64,000 nucleotides of DNA from assembly GCA_963514005.1 (NCBI GenBank), contig OY740810.1, positions 10,850,001 through 10,914,000 of the forward strand, written 5' to 3'. Of the stretch, positions 1 to 12,948 are shown one piece after another. Position 1 is the first letter of the stretch. Each line of letters starts with the position of its first letter. The position numbers and the translations under genes are program-made. The DNA comes from Raja brachyura (taxonomy: Eukaryota). The notes under the pieces are model-generated. The model searched no databases. It saw nothing but the letters and a program-made list of their open reading frames with translations, and was not told the DNA's origin.

Positions 1-1375
1 GATTATTAGTAAGTACAGAAGCCTGAGGTATATGATATATCAGCTTGATCCAAGAAATACATTTTGGACCAATCTTAAATTTTTCAAGTGTATTGAATAA
101 GTATTCCCATTCTACTCTATCAAATGCCTTCTCAGCATCAAGTTAAATGACAGATTCTGGAGTTTTATTTGAAGCAATTTTTTACAATATTCATTAATCT
201 CACGTTAAAGTATGAACAACGATTTTTAATAAAACCTGTCTGATCTTCAGAAATTTGCGGTAAAATGTTTTCCAATCTCATAGCTAATTTTTTGAAAGAA
301 TTTTAGAATCTACATTTAACAATGATATAGGTCTATATGATGCCACTTCTGTAGGATCTTTATCTTTTTTGAGAATTAAAGAGATAGATGCTTCATAAAA
401 GGATTGTGGTAATTTATTCATTAAAAGGGCTTCTTTAAAAACTTTGCATAGCCAGGGGCACCATAAACTTGAGAAATACTTAAAGAATTCCACTGAATAC
501 CCGTCTAAGCCAGGAGCTTTACCAGAGTTCATCGATGGATTGCTTTCTGAATTTCTTCCTCCGTGATGGGTTCATCTAACAACAAAGACTCATTATGTGA
601 TCAATTTGGCAAGTTCAGTTTCTTTAAAAACGCATGCATTATATTGGAATCAGTAGGAAATTCTGATTGATAAAGATATAAAATTCTTGAAAGGATTTAT
701 TACTTTCATCATGATCTACTTTTAGAGTACAATCTCGTTTACTAACTTTAATAATCTGACGTTTGGCTGACACAGCTTTCAACTGATTGGCAAGAAATTT
801 GCCAAATTTATCACCATTTATATAAAATTGACTTTTGGTTTTAAGTAGTTGATTCTCAATTGGTGATACTAATAACAAATCATGTCTCATTTGAAGTTCA
901 ACTCTATTCTTATAAAGCTCTAAACTAGGAGCTTTTGAATATTTTTTTATCAATTTCTTTAATCTCTTTAGCCAAAATACGCATTTCATTTTTAATTTGT
1001 TTTTTTAATCCCGCGGAGTACGAAATAATTTGTCCACGAATATATGCCTTAAAAGCATCCCAGACTACCCCATTGGATATTTCTTCAGTAGAATTTGTTG
1101 AAAAGAAAAAGGCAATCTGATCTTTAATAAAATTAACAAAATTCAAATCTTGAAACAAAGTAGTATTAAATCGCCATTGTTTAGCACTAGAATTGGAATC
1201 AGATAGTTTGATTGATAGTTTCAATGGTGCATGATCAGAGATGGCAATTGCATCATACTCACACGCAGTGACTGATGAAACTAACCGGGAGTCTATTATA
1301 AAGTAATCAATCCTGGAGTAACTATGATATACATGAGAGAGAAAAAAGAAAATTCTCTATCATTTGGGTGTAAGA
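1..1375 (-). mobile_element. L1-clade LINE ORF2 fragment (endonuclease-linker-RT start), degenerate
   Basis: Broken minus-strand ORFs with L1 motifs: WRFN, VWDAFKAYIRGQIISY, KAPGLDGY, SYRPISLLNVDSKILSK; several frameshifts. Confidence 0.9.
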
Positions 1376-1426
1376 TCTAAACATCACAGTACAAACATCT
1401 CTAAACTTACATAAGTAACATGGGCG

Positions 1427-1748
1427 GTAGACAAAAATGCTGGAGAAACTCAGCGGGTGAGGCAGCATCTATGGAGCGAAGGAAATAGGCGACGTTTCGA
1501 GTCGAGACCCTTCTTCAGACTGATGTGGGGGAGGTGGGGGGGGTGGGAAGAAGAAAGGAAGAGGCAGCGACAGTGGGCTGAGGGAGAGCTGGGAAGGGGA
1601 GGAAAAAGCAGGGACTACCTGAAATTGGAGAAGTCAATGTCCATACTGCTGGGGTGTAAACTGCCCAAGCGAAATATGAGGTGCAGCTCCTCCAATTTAC
1701 GGTGGGCCTCACTCTGGCCTTGGAGGCCCAGGACAGAAAGGTCGGATT
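1427..1748 (-). mobile_element. Penelope-like element 3' part (GIY-YIG C-terminus plus terminal repeat)
   Basis: Minus strand encodes HRKLEELHLIFRLGSLHPSSMDIDFSNF, typical of PLE GIY-YIG C-termini; followed by the ctgaagaagggtctcgac...gaaacgtc terminal motif, which recurs elsewhere in the window. Confidence 0.75.
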
Positions 1749-1759
1749 AAGTAATATGG

Positions 1760-2036
1760 ACGCACAGTGGCGCAATTGGTTGAGCTGCTGCCTCCAGTAC
1801 CAGAGAATCGGGTTTGATCCTGATCTCAGGTGGTGTCTGTGTGTAGTTTGCACGTTCTCCCCGTGACTGCATGGATTTCCTCCGGGTCATCCAATTTGTA
1901 GGTTAATTGGCCTCTGTAAATTGTTCCTAGTGTGTAGGGATTGGATGAGAAAGTGGGATAACATAGACTAGTGTGAACAGGTGATCGATGGTCAGCAAGG
2001 ACTGAAGGCCCTGTTTACATGTTGTATATCTAAACT
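1760..2036 (+). mobile_element. tRNA-derived V-SINE (HE1-like)
   Basis: tRNA-like head gcacagtggcgcaattggtt, B-box-like ggtttgatcc, V-domain gtctgtgtgtagtttgcacgttctccccgtg, CR1-like tail; homologous copies at 29042, 51346 and 57462. Confidence 0.8.
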
Positions 2037-2779
2037 AACACTGTAACGCTGCAACAAGGTATAGAGCTTGGGTATTGTACAAACTCCAGATATACAATAA
2101 GAAATTGTATGATATACCTAGGCCAGCAAAGCACCCCAGCTCTATCTGTTTTTATGTTATTGCTTGTGTATGTTCAGAGATATTTGTACTACAATGTTTA
2201 GATCTCTCTGCTTTTTTCGTACTTGTTTATTGAGTATTTACCCACCCCCTTTACTTTGAGTTTTGTCCAAGCAAAACATGAGTTCATTGTTCTAAGCCAT
2301 GCATTATCCCCTTTGCTCTGACACACTCAAATCTTGCTAAGGGCTCTCTTTATCCCCCACCCCTATCCAGATTATGTATGAAGATCCATGCACCTGACAT
2401 CGGTCCCCATGGGATACCAGTGTTCATGTGTTTTCCAGATTCGTGTGTCTCCAGATTCTGTGAGGACCATCCCACAGTGCAGTGAGCTTTTGGAAAATAT
2501 GCTTGCAGTATTTGCAAAACACATTGCCTGAGGACCCGGGTGGGGAGCATCTGGCCCAGCTCTTCTGTTTGTTTAAAGTCCTGGAAACAATATATTAATC
2601 TAATTTAATACTACTTTTATTAAATAATAAGACTGTTACATGGGCATTCTCGATTTTGGAATCTTGCTACAAAAGAGAGAAAAATGATTTATTTTCACAG
2701 GCCCTCCCATGGCCTCCAATGCCCCTGTGATCTCAATCTCCAAGACCACCAACAGTGAACCCTTGGAAAGCGTCTGGTC

Positions 2780-3640
2780 TTAGTTTAATTATAGTCATGT
2801 GTGCCGAGGTACAGTGAAAGGCGTTTCGTTGCATGCTATCCAGTCAGCGAAAAGACTATACATAATTACAATTGAGCCGTCTACAGTGAACAGGCTAAAG
2901 AGAATAATGTTTAGTGCAAGGTAAAGTCCAATTAAAGATAGTCCGAGGGTCTCCAATGAGGTAGATGGTAGCTTGTGACTGCTCTCTAGTTCGCGATTCT
3001 ATGGTTCAGTTGCCTGGTAACAGCTGGGACGAAACTGTCCCTGATTCTGGAGGTAGGTGTTTTCACACTTCTGTACCTCTTGTCTGATGGGAGAGGGGAT
3101 GTGGAAGTGTGAGACTCATCCTTGATTATGCTGATGGCTGTGCTGAGGCAGCATGAAATGTAGATGGATTCAATGGAAGGGAGATTGGTTTGTGTGATGG
3201 TCTAGGCTACGTCCACAATCCTCTGCAATTTTTTGTGGTCCTGCGATGCATCCCAATAAAGTGCTTTCTATGGTGTATCTGAAGAAGTTGGTGAGAGATA
3301 TTGTGAACATGCCGAACTTCATAATCCTTCTAAGGAAGTAGAGGCGTTTCTATGTTTTCTTCTGCCATTGCTTCGATGTGGCTAGCCCAGGATAAGTTGT
3401 TAGTGATATTTACTCCTGGGAACCTGAAGCTTTCAACCATCTCTACTTCGGCGCCATCAATGTGTACCACTTCGCTTCCTGAAGTCTATCACTACGTCCT
3501 TGACTTGCTGACATTGGGAGAAAGGTTGTTGTCTTGACACCAGGTTGCATTCTGATTCCTGTATTCCGTCTCATCATTATTTGATCTCTGACCCACTATG
3601 GTGGTGTTGCCTGTGAATTTGTAAATTGAGTTGATGGTGT
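2780..3640 (-). mobile_element. Rex1/Babar-like LINE 3' fragment
   Basis: Minus strand gives decayed RT C-terminal phrases (ggtacagaagtgtgaaaacacctacctccagaatcagggacagtttc); near-identical tail at 53660-54000. Confidence 0.65.
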
Positions 3641-3759
3641 ACCTGGTCAAAAAGCTGCATGGATCAACATGAATGAAGTTATGTGGACATCTTCAACCTC
3701 TTACTACTACAATCCGAGGCACTTACTCCCCACTTACTTTAAAAGGTCTTCTGTGATTC

Positions 3760-4075
3760 CGGAACCCAAGAAGAGCAAGTAGATCTATCTCGATGATTAC
3801 AGGCCAGTGGGCACTCTCTTCCATATGAAGAAGTGATTCGAGAGGTTGATTATGATGCAAGTCAACTCTCGCATCATCAATGACCTGGACACATTTCAAA
3901 TTGCCTACAGCCACAACAGATTGATAGTGGATGTGATGTTGCTCTCTATTCTGTGCCAGATCACTTGGACAACAGGAATATGTACATCGGAGTGTTGTTC
4001 ATTGACTACAGCACTGTGTTCAACACCCATCATCCTTTCCAAACTCATCATCAAACTCTGGATACTAGGTCTTGT
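3760..4075 (+). mobile_element. Rex1/Babar-like LINE RT fragment
   Basis: Decayed motifs DYRPV, LDTFQIAYSHNR, FIDYSTVFNTII. Confidence 0.7.
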
Positions 4076-4149
4076 CCTCTCTGATCAATACCACCAAAGC
4101 AATGATCCTTTTGCATGTGTTTCTGAGACATTGACTATCCACAGCAGGC

Positions 4150-4545
4150 GTCACTGAAAAGCTGCTGCTTGCGAGGTATTTACAAAATCCTCTTACTTTA
4201 TAGATAAGTAAATCAATAATATTGGGTGGACATTCCCTCCATTGCTCAATCCGCACTTTATTCCAAACTTTGCTATTGAAAGATATTATCAAGTGGACAG
4301 AGTTTCCTCTGACAAGGATGCTCTCAAACCCTGGGGAAAACAAGACACCTCCACAGACACCTGGGATTCTCTGACCCAAGACTACTCGAAGCAGAGAGGT
4401 TTCATTTGGCATGGTGTTCAGATCTTGGGAGTCCATCGGCTAGGAGCACACAGAACAGCAAATGAAACAGGATAACAGCGTACCACTTTACACCATCTAT
4501 TCCATCATATATCTCCTTTCCCCATTTGTGGAATGGTCTGGTTCC
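4150..4545 (+). mobile_element. RTE-clade LINE 3' end, degenerate
   Basis: KDALK...TDTWDSLTQDYSKQRGFIWHGV resembles the RTE ORF C-terminus. Confidence 0.55.
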
Positions 4546-5060
4546 CACATTGCAAAAAGAAGCAAGTGCAAGTCATCCTTAATCCTGAGGCACCATTGAA
4601 TTTGAACTCTACTGGTGTCATGTCCTTGATAACCTTTCTATTTTTATTCATCTGAGCATGGTCCATTATTACTCCTGAGTGCTGTTTGAAGAAGTGTTAT
4701 TGTTGGAAATTTTTGACATTTTAATTACACATGGAATGATAAGGATCGCAGAATTGGTGGTGAGCCACAATCCAAAATAATCCCTTAATGAGAAATTGTG
4801 ACTTTTTACTCATCTGGGCTTTAATCTATCAATGGTATTTCATAGGGTAATTCATCAAAATACTTTGAAAATTTTTGATTGTGCCCTTTGCGCAGTAATC
4901 TCAAAGAATTGTATTCATCATCAGGTAAAATTTAAAGGTTAGATTTATAAATGTATAAGGGCTGTAGCCTCAAGTGGCTTTATAATGCATAATCAGATAC
5001 CAACTATAATATGCAACATCAGTTGCTAAATTTTACTTTTGAGAAATGAAGCATTTTAAG

Positions 5061-6498
5061 AATAAGCGAGTTCGGTATTCCGATAAACGCAAGGAATTAT
5101 GGGTTTTGTCAAAGGTCATTCGGGGAGAAAAAAACGAACGCAGTGCTGTATAAATTGTGTATAAATTGTTAACTATTCTACCAATTAATTAATCTAGAAT
5201 TCTGTCAACGCAATAGCTTCCTTTCTTGCTGTGCTGTTCACACGCTACTTGCACAGTCCCAATTCTAGTTCTGTTCATTAATCTGCAACTATGAGATATT
5301 CAAAATGTTAAAGAATTTATTATTTTCATTTAATCCTTAATGTGTTTGCTACTGGAATAAGAATATATCACTTGTGTTTGAAACATTTTCTTATCTTTAT
5401 TAATTTATGTGTCAAAAATTTATTTAATCTGAGGCAGGCAGCGACTGTATCAGTGTGATGTGGGCTGATGCTTTGCCTACAGGCAGTGTGAATGTACTGT
5501 TGAGACGGGGGTCGGCAGCCTACGGGACAGTTTTGACTAAAATGGTTTTACATTGTGAAGTTCACTGTGCCTGAGTTATTGATCAGAGTGAACACCCGCT
5601 CCTGTGGACACATCTCACTGTGGAGTCTGTCACAGACGGATTCCACTGCCTGTTCAATAATTGGATCGATCTCCTGAACCAGTGGCTGCGGATCTACCGC
5701 TGTGTGTTCTTTCTGAACTGAACTCGCTGTTGAATGAACCCATTAACAGAGTCACTCTGTTGCCAGATTCTAAGTTGTCCCTGCCTTCCCTCTGGAATCC
5801 TCCTCATCCCCATCAGATGCCGAGTTCCCAGAGCCCTGGTTAAATGTGGCCGGTCATGGTTAAGTCTGTGAAACTGGCCCCATCAGAGACTGTGGGGAGG
5901 ATTAACAAAAGAAAGATGGCAGTAGCGAGAGTGAGAGTCTGTTTCAACAGTTTGTTTATTTTCAGCTGAGTTAAAAAAAAAAACACAAAGCGACCTGAAT
6001 GATCACCGCACTTATTGCTGATGTCCTACATGCTGCCATTGATTACTATGGCAGTATATATGATTACAAGTTACAGTACTATACCACAAGGAGTGAACAA
6101 ATCCAAATATAACAGAAAACTGTAAAAGTTCGTTTGCCGAAGTTCTTACTAGGCACACTAATAACTGCAATGAGCTTTAAGCAATATTATGTCTACTGAA
6201 CATGGCAGTTAGTTTGAGACACTGGTATAACAGTTATATACACCTGAAGCATAAAACAATAAAACACCAAAGCATAAAGCAATAAAACCAACAAAATTGT
6301 CATAGTTTTGTACAAATAAACCATAAATACACCTAGTTGATAGTTTTGAAAGCAGTATTTTCTTACCTCGAAGAAGCAAAACTGGAAAATACGGATGAAA
6401 CACAGCTCTCTGCACGCAGCAGCTCGGCTGGTGAGAATTTTTATCGCGAATGACTTATGACATGGGCATGAGCAGTTGAAATACCGAACTCGCTTATT
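5061..6498. mobile_element. Element A: non-autonomous DNA element with perfect 19-bp terminal inverted repeats (AATAAGCGAGTTCGGTATT)
   Basis: 5061-5079 is the exact reverse complement of 6480-6498; both subterminal regions are homologous to the ends of the elements at 12949-14493 and 16278-16980; no TSD evident. Confidence 0.8.
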
Positions 6499-6949
6499 GA
6501 TAGGACACTTCTTTTGGAGAGTAGTAATAAAAACTTGGACAAGGAGAAACATGTGATCAGTGCCACATTTGAAACGGCCAAAGCTCCAATAAATTTCATG
6601 TTGACTCTGCAGTCTGGTCTGTAAGTACATTGTTTATTGATTTATTCATTCTCCTATACCCTTCGCATTTGGCTTCTAGACCACTTTGTGTTATTGGATA
6701 TTTGATGGATATTTCGGAAGGTATGGTACCATGCCAGTTGCAAGACCTGTAAGAGCTATGTTTTGACTAATATTGTTTTTAGAAAAATTATATTCTATTT
6801 TTATTGATATATTTACTGCTGTCCCCAACTCTAAATTGTTGGAGCGTAAGTTTGGTCCTCTGATCTGTTTTGACACTGATATGTTTTTTCCATATAATTG
6901 GAGGGATATATTTCTACGGTCTGAAATGAGTAGAATTATGTTGCATACA

Positions 6950-8625
6950 CCGTACCCTCCATAATGTTTGGGACAAAGACCATCATTTATGTATTTGCTT
7001 CTGTACTCTGTAATTTGAGATTTGTAATAGAAAAAATTGCATGTAGTGCACATTATCAGATTTTAATAAAGGCTATTTTTATACATTTTGGTTTCACCAT
7101 GTAGAAATTACAGCAGTGTTTATACTTAGTCGTCCGTCGTTGTCCGTCTCCGTCTTCTCCCCCCCCCCCCCCCCCCCCACCCCATTTCAGGGCACCATAA
7201 TGTTTGGGACACAGCAATGTCATGAATAGTAAAGATAACTACTTTCATATCTTGTAGCATATCCTTTGCATGCAATGACTGCTTGAGGTCTGCGATTCAT
7301 GGGCATCACCAGTTGCTGGGTGTCTTCTCTGGTGATGCTCTGCCAGGCCTGTATTGCAGCCATCTTTAGCTTATGCTTTTTTGGGGGGCTAGTCCCCTTA
7401 GGTTTTTTCTTCAGCATATAAAATACATGCTCAATTGGATTCAGATAGGGTGATTGACTTGGCAACTCAAGAATTGATCATTCTTTAGGTTTGAAAAACG
7501 CCTTTGTTGCTTTAGCAGTATGTTTGGGATCGTTGTCTTGCTGTGGAATGAACCGCCGGTTAATGAGTTTTGAGGCATTTGTTTGAACTTGAGCGAATAG
7601 GATGTGTCTATACACTTCAGAATTCATTATGCTAATAACATCAGCAGTTGTATCATCAATGAAGAAAAGTGAGCCAGTACCTTCAGCAACCATGCATGCC
7701 CAGGCCATAACACCCCCACCACTGTGTTCCACAGATGAGGTATATGCTTTGAATCTTGGGCAGTTCCTTCACTCCATAATTTGCTCTTGCCATCACTCTG
7801 ATATAAGTTAATTTTCGTCTCATCTGTCCACAAGACCTTTTTCCAGAACTATGGTTGCTCTTTTAAGTACTTCTTGGTGAACTGTAACCCGGCCATCCTA
7901 TTTCTGCAGCTAACCAGTTGTTTGCATCTTGCAGTAGAGCCACGGTATTTCTGTTCATGAAGTCTTCTGCGGACAGTGGTCATTGACAAATCCTAAAGAG
8001 TGTTTCTGACCTGTCACATGTGTTTGTGGATTTTTCTTTATTATAGAGAGAATTCTTCTGTCATCAGCTGTGGAGGTTTCCCTTGGCTTGCCAGTTCCTT
8101 TGCGATTAGTAAGCTCACCAGTGCTCTTGCTTCTTAATGATGTTCCAAACGGTTGATTTTGGTAAGCCTAATGTTTGGCTGATGTCTCTAACTGATTTAT
8201 TCTTGTTTCTCCGTCTCATAATGGCTTCTTTGACTTTCATTGGTACAACTTTGGTCCTCATGTTGATAAACAGCAATAAAAGTTTCCTAATGTGATGGAA
8301 AGGCTGGAGGCAAGACAGGGTGCTGAGAGCTCTCTTGTACCTGCATTAAGGAGGCAATGAAACTCACCTGAACAATTACAAACGCCTGTGAAGCCATGTG
8401 TCCCAAACATTATGGTGTCCTGAACTGGGGTGACTATGTGCAAATACATCTGTAATTTCTATATGGTGAAACCAAAATGTATAAAAATGGCCCTTAATAA
8501 AATCTGACAATGTGCACTTTAACCACGTGTGATTTTTTTTTCTCTATTACATATCTTAAATTGTGGAGTTCAGAGGCAAATAAATAAATGATGGGTCTTT
8601 GCCCCAAACATTATGGAGGGGACTG
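6950..8625 (-). mobile_element. Tc1/mariner transposon with IR/DR-type long TIRs; transposase pseudogenised
   Basis: Terminal ccctccataatgtttggg inverted repeats, with inner repeats at ~7189-7210 and ~8398-8420; minus-strand fragments WTDETKINL, GGGVMAWACM, QQDNDPKHTAK, SPYLNPIEH (DD34E type) in different frames; TA at the right flank. Confidence 0.92.
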
Positions 8626-9329
8626 TACTTAAAATGTTTTTGAGGTTCTCTGTTAGTTATGAGGTTTGTGACATTACTTATTCTTTGGAGCTGCCAGATA
8701 TATGAATATCCAGCAATTTGTCCTCCACAGCTTTGCTGATTTCATAGAAATTGTAAATTTAACGGCACAAACTTCAGATTTCCAACAATAAAAATAATCT
8801 TGCATCTTTTCTGCCAAATACCTTAAATTCATGTTAAAATTGAAATTAAAATATCTCGTTCCCAATGGGAAATGGTTTGGCGGAGTGCATGTAGCCTGTA
8901 AATGTTTAGATGTGGAATTTACTTTTTTCCAAAAGTATTGGATGTGACTTCAGAATGAAGACAAAATGTTTCTCGCTTCCTTTACTTTGGTTACCTTCTA
9001 TCCATCAAATGCCCACACGTGTAGACTGCTTCTTACTTTCCATGACCAAGAACATAAAATTTGAGGAAGATATTTCTCAGCACAATTAAATAAATTGTAC
9101 ATACTTAAATATTGCATCTACTTAAAATGATTTTGAGATCTCAGTTAATTATGAGAAATTGGATTGTGGCACTTGTGACTTTTCTGATTGACAGGAGCTA
9201 CAAAATATATGAAAATACAGAAATTGTCAAGCTCACGATCAACTTGATAGTATTGCTGATATATTTCATTAAAACGATGATTGAGAGTAGACCTGGTGAT
9301 AATCAGCCATATTGGATGTTTTGTGGTCG

Positions 9330-10270
9330 GGACATAATGTAGGTAATTTTTCACATTACTCGTGTTGATCAGCATTGCCAGTGTATTGGGACAGCTCATT
9401 CTGGAACACAAATCTTTACTACTATAATCACAATGTCTAATCTCAGGGTTTTTACAGTCTCCTGGGCTCTCAGCTGTTTCTTTATACCGCATGGACTGAA
9501 TTATACTGCAGAAGACTGACTTCTATAATGGTGGTGATCTCAGGAGGCCTTTGATGGATCATCCACTTGGTACTTCTGGCTGAACATGTTTGTAAATTCT
9601 TTACCCTTGTGTTCAGCACTCATGCTGGATTGTTCCATGGTGGAGTATGGGGATGTTCTTGGTGTTTCCTCATTAACTATTTCATGTTTGACCTCCTGAA
9701 TTTAACTGAGCTACAGAGCATTCATCTGATGCATTATTTTTGGGATTGGTTAGTCCTAGCTGTTTGCAGGGCTTTTTGCTCTTTACCATGCATGTAGTTT
9801 TATGTGGCGGCTTCACCAGATTGGCACTCAATTTTTAAAATTAATTTATGGTGTTGATCTCTTCTGTAGTCTTGTAGCAGGATTGATCCCTTGGTTAGAT
9901 TGTAATGTCAACATGAGGAATAGGCTGGGGTTTCTTATTACATTAACAGTAGAGTACATTTCTGTTGCTGATGGTTCATACTGAATGACCTCATGGATGT
10001 CCACTTTTGAACTGTTGTATGTTTTGAGCACAACCAGATGCTAGAGTTGTCATGCCGGGATGTTAAGGCAGCACTGATACAGCTAGGTGACATGCTGCCT
10101 CACCATTAACTGCGAGGGAATTCTAGGCCTTTTCACTCCTGTGTGTACACTACGGTACTGCCACATTGGCAGCCGACTTGGGGTGTGATCTGAAGAGATT
10201 GAACTGGGATCTGTTGCGTTTATATGATTGATTGAACCCGTGTTGATTGACGCTATGCAAGTAATAATAA
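9330..10270 (-). mobile_element. Old CR1/L2-group LINE fragment
   Basis: Minus strand ...FSQKYQVDDPSRPP-like phrase at ~9545-9590 plus decayed flanking RT-like sequence. Confidence 0.45.
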
Positions 10271-11819
10271 CGTGATCAAAATTTGATTTGAAGTTGACTT
10301 GGTATTTGCAGAAAGCGGACCAAGAACCTTTTCTCACTGTGAGAAATAGACCATGAACCAGGTGGATCAATTAATGGAAATCTTATGAACACCTGTTGGG
10401 GATATCCGTGAATATCAAAGGATATATGGTCAAAATTCTGACTACAAATCCAGAATTTAGCCACAACAGTGCAAAGGCTCCATTTGCTCACTTAAGGATC
10501 CAAGGGGAGACTGAGACATATCAAAGTAAAATGAATTTGAGAAACAACAGGGGCATTGAGTGCAGTGAGATACAAAATGCTGCTATTAAAATGTGCAAAT
10601 GTTAAAACCGTACAAGGTTTTTCTCCCTTAATAAAGGGACAACACAGGTTATTAAAGACAAGTAGGCAATATTGTTAGGCACTTTATTAAATTAAAACTT
10701 TGCTGATTAAAAAGCAATTAACTGCAGATGTTGGAAATCTACAATCAAATGCTGAAAATGCACAACAATTGTGTAGAGAGAAGGCAGTAGTTAAAGTTTA
10801 AGAACATCCCCCTCCTCAACTCTGTTTTAGTCTTCCACGCCCTGGACAACTCATCGCTGTACCTTCTCGGAACATTCTCCTTTCTAACTCTTTTCTGCCC
10901 ACCATTCAGGGAAACCAGCAGTGATTCACTTGTATATCAATTTAACGAGAAACATTCAGTGTTCACTTTGTTGTTGTATTTATATTGCAGAAATCAGATG
11001 CAGATTAGGTGACTTCTTTGTAGAACTCTTCAGTTCAGAGACAACCATAAGCTTCTAGTTGCTTGTCACTTTAATTCTCCATCCCATTCATACTCTGATC
11101 TCTTTCTTAGAAGCTCGCACTGCTCCAATGAAGCATAACACAAGCATAAGCATGCATCATTGTCTGAGAAGGCCATTTGCAGCTATTGGGTGGGACTCGA
11201 CAATAAATTCAGCAATCGGATAACCAACCTTTCCAGTGTGTGTCAGAACTGATCAGTTCCGCCACCAGGTCCTTGACCTGTAATGTTGATTCATTTTGTT
11301 TACTTCCATCAGAAATGCCACCTGACTTCCTGAATGTTCTTTTATTTAATATTTCCAATTAACACTCTGTTCCAGTATTTTGTTTTGCTCTGTTTTCCTG
11401 CATCTCATTGGACAAATCAGTAAGTGTTAACAAGCCTTCACCATTTGTTAACCAATGTTAACAAGGTCAAGCAATGTTAACTGTTTCTTTTATTGATTGA
11501 TCCACTTGTTAATTATTCATAGATTTGTTTTATTGGATCTGTTGCCTTTTATATATTTCCAACATTTCCTTTTTATCCAAACTTTGTTCTTTCTGCAGAG
11601 AAAGTTAAGAACCTGCACAAAGGAATCTTAGATTCATTCAATAGGAACTGATGATGAAATTATAATAAATCCAAATTTGCAGATATTGCGACACAGCTGT
11701 ATACATCAATGGGAATGTAAACTGAATGAGAGATGACAGATACAGTGGCTGATGGAATTAAGGGACCAGATTTTGCTGTGTATAAATTTTACAGTTGCTG
11801 CCTAAGACTGGTTTTAGTC

Positions 11820-12280
11820 TTACTGAATTCATTTTCAAAAGATTGAAGTTAAGTTTGCCTTAAGTATGAATTCAAGTTTGGCTCCTAAAAGATGGGGAAT
11901 TGAGAATCCGTGCAAGCCTGATCCACATAATGGCTGAGGAAATCTTTGTCCGATGCCTTATTCTTACCTTTCGTCCTTGGAGCCCTAAAATCTCTGTTCA
12001 GATGAGTAGGTATGGAGATCCCATGCACGTTGTGCTTTGCTGACTCTGTGGATAATCCAGTGGGTGAGTTTGGCAACGGATTCCTCTGGTATTTTTGTCT
12101 TTTGATAGGTTTAAGCTGAAATCCTGAACTTGGTTGCATTTTCAAGTAGAACTATGGTATTTATCAGCAGGTTCTGGACCACTAAAAATTATGATGTCAT
12201 CCACTTTGGACATAAGATTCATACTTAAGCTAATGGCAAACTGATCTTCATCTCTAGCAGATTGACTATTGGAATTTAGT
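11820..12280. mobile_element. Possible old MITE with degenerate inverted ends
   Basis: CTTAAGTATGAAT (11859-11871) and ATTCATACTTAAG (12217-12229) are exact inverted repeats, with looser complementarity extending outward. Confidence 0.35.
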
Positions 12281-12948
12281 ATTTGGTTCGGAATAGTGCA
12301 TGTTGGAGGACATGAACATGTTGAGACTTTGAGACAAATATAGCAATCTCCAGAATGACGCCATGGTTCAAAAGTTTTCAGACATGATTGGAAAAAATCT
12401 ATTGAAATGAGGCAGACATGAGTTGCATTTCCTTTTATCTTAAATTGTTGAAGGTGATTTAACCAATGTATTTGTATTGACTTAAGTATTTAGTAGAATG
12501 TCTGTGCAAAATCTGTTCTCTGGATGACTTCTGATTAATAGAGTATAATTGCAACTAGGGCTGGACTATTTAAGAATTAAAACCAGGAAGCGCCTTTCTT
12601 CTTCAATGCAAATCCTCAAAGACTCCTTTCCAATGCTTCTTCCCACCCCAATCTATTCACTCTCACAACCACCACCCTCAGTAAATAATGTGAAATGAAT
12701 TTTTCAAGGTTTGAGATTACCATGTTGTATTTGGCAGATCTATCGATATGGGGTGCGGTCGGTGCAAATCAGTGTGATCTAACTATGGCGTATGCTTGGC
12801 GCTAACTAACCTACTGTACATGGATTTCAGTTTAGTGTTAGTATTCACATTGCAAATATTTTAGGCACTCCTATTAACATTATTAAGGGACTTCTGCACA
12901 TCCATATTTTCAGTCCATACCTTATTTGTCAAAGGAGTATCTTCATTT

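Noticed and set aside
6193-7053. 145-aa and 120-aa minus-strand ORFs
   Set aside because: No recognisable domain; they straddle element boundaries and AT-rich intron.
11932-12011. ATG...AG|gtatgg as an alternative DOT1L first exon
   Set aside because: No similarity to DOT1L exon 1, and the phase-2 donor is out of frame with phase-0 exon 2.
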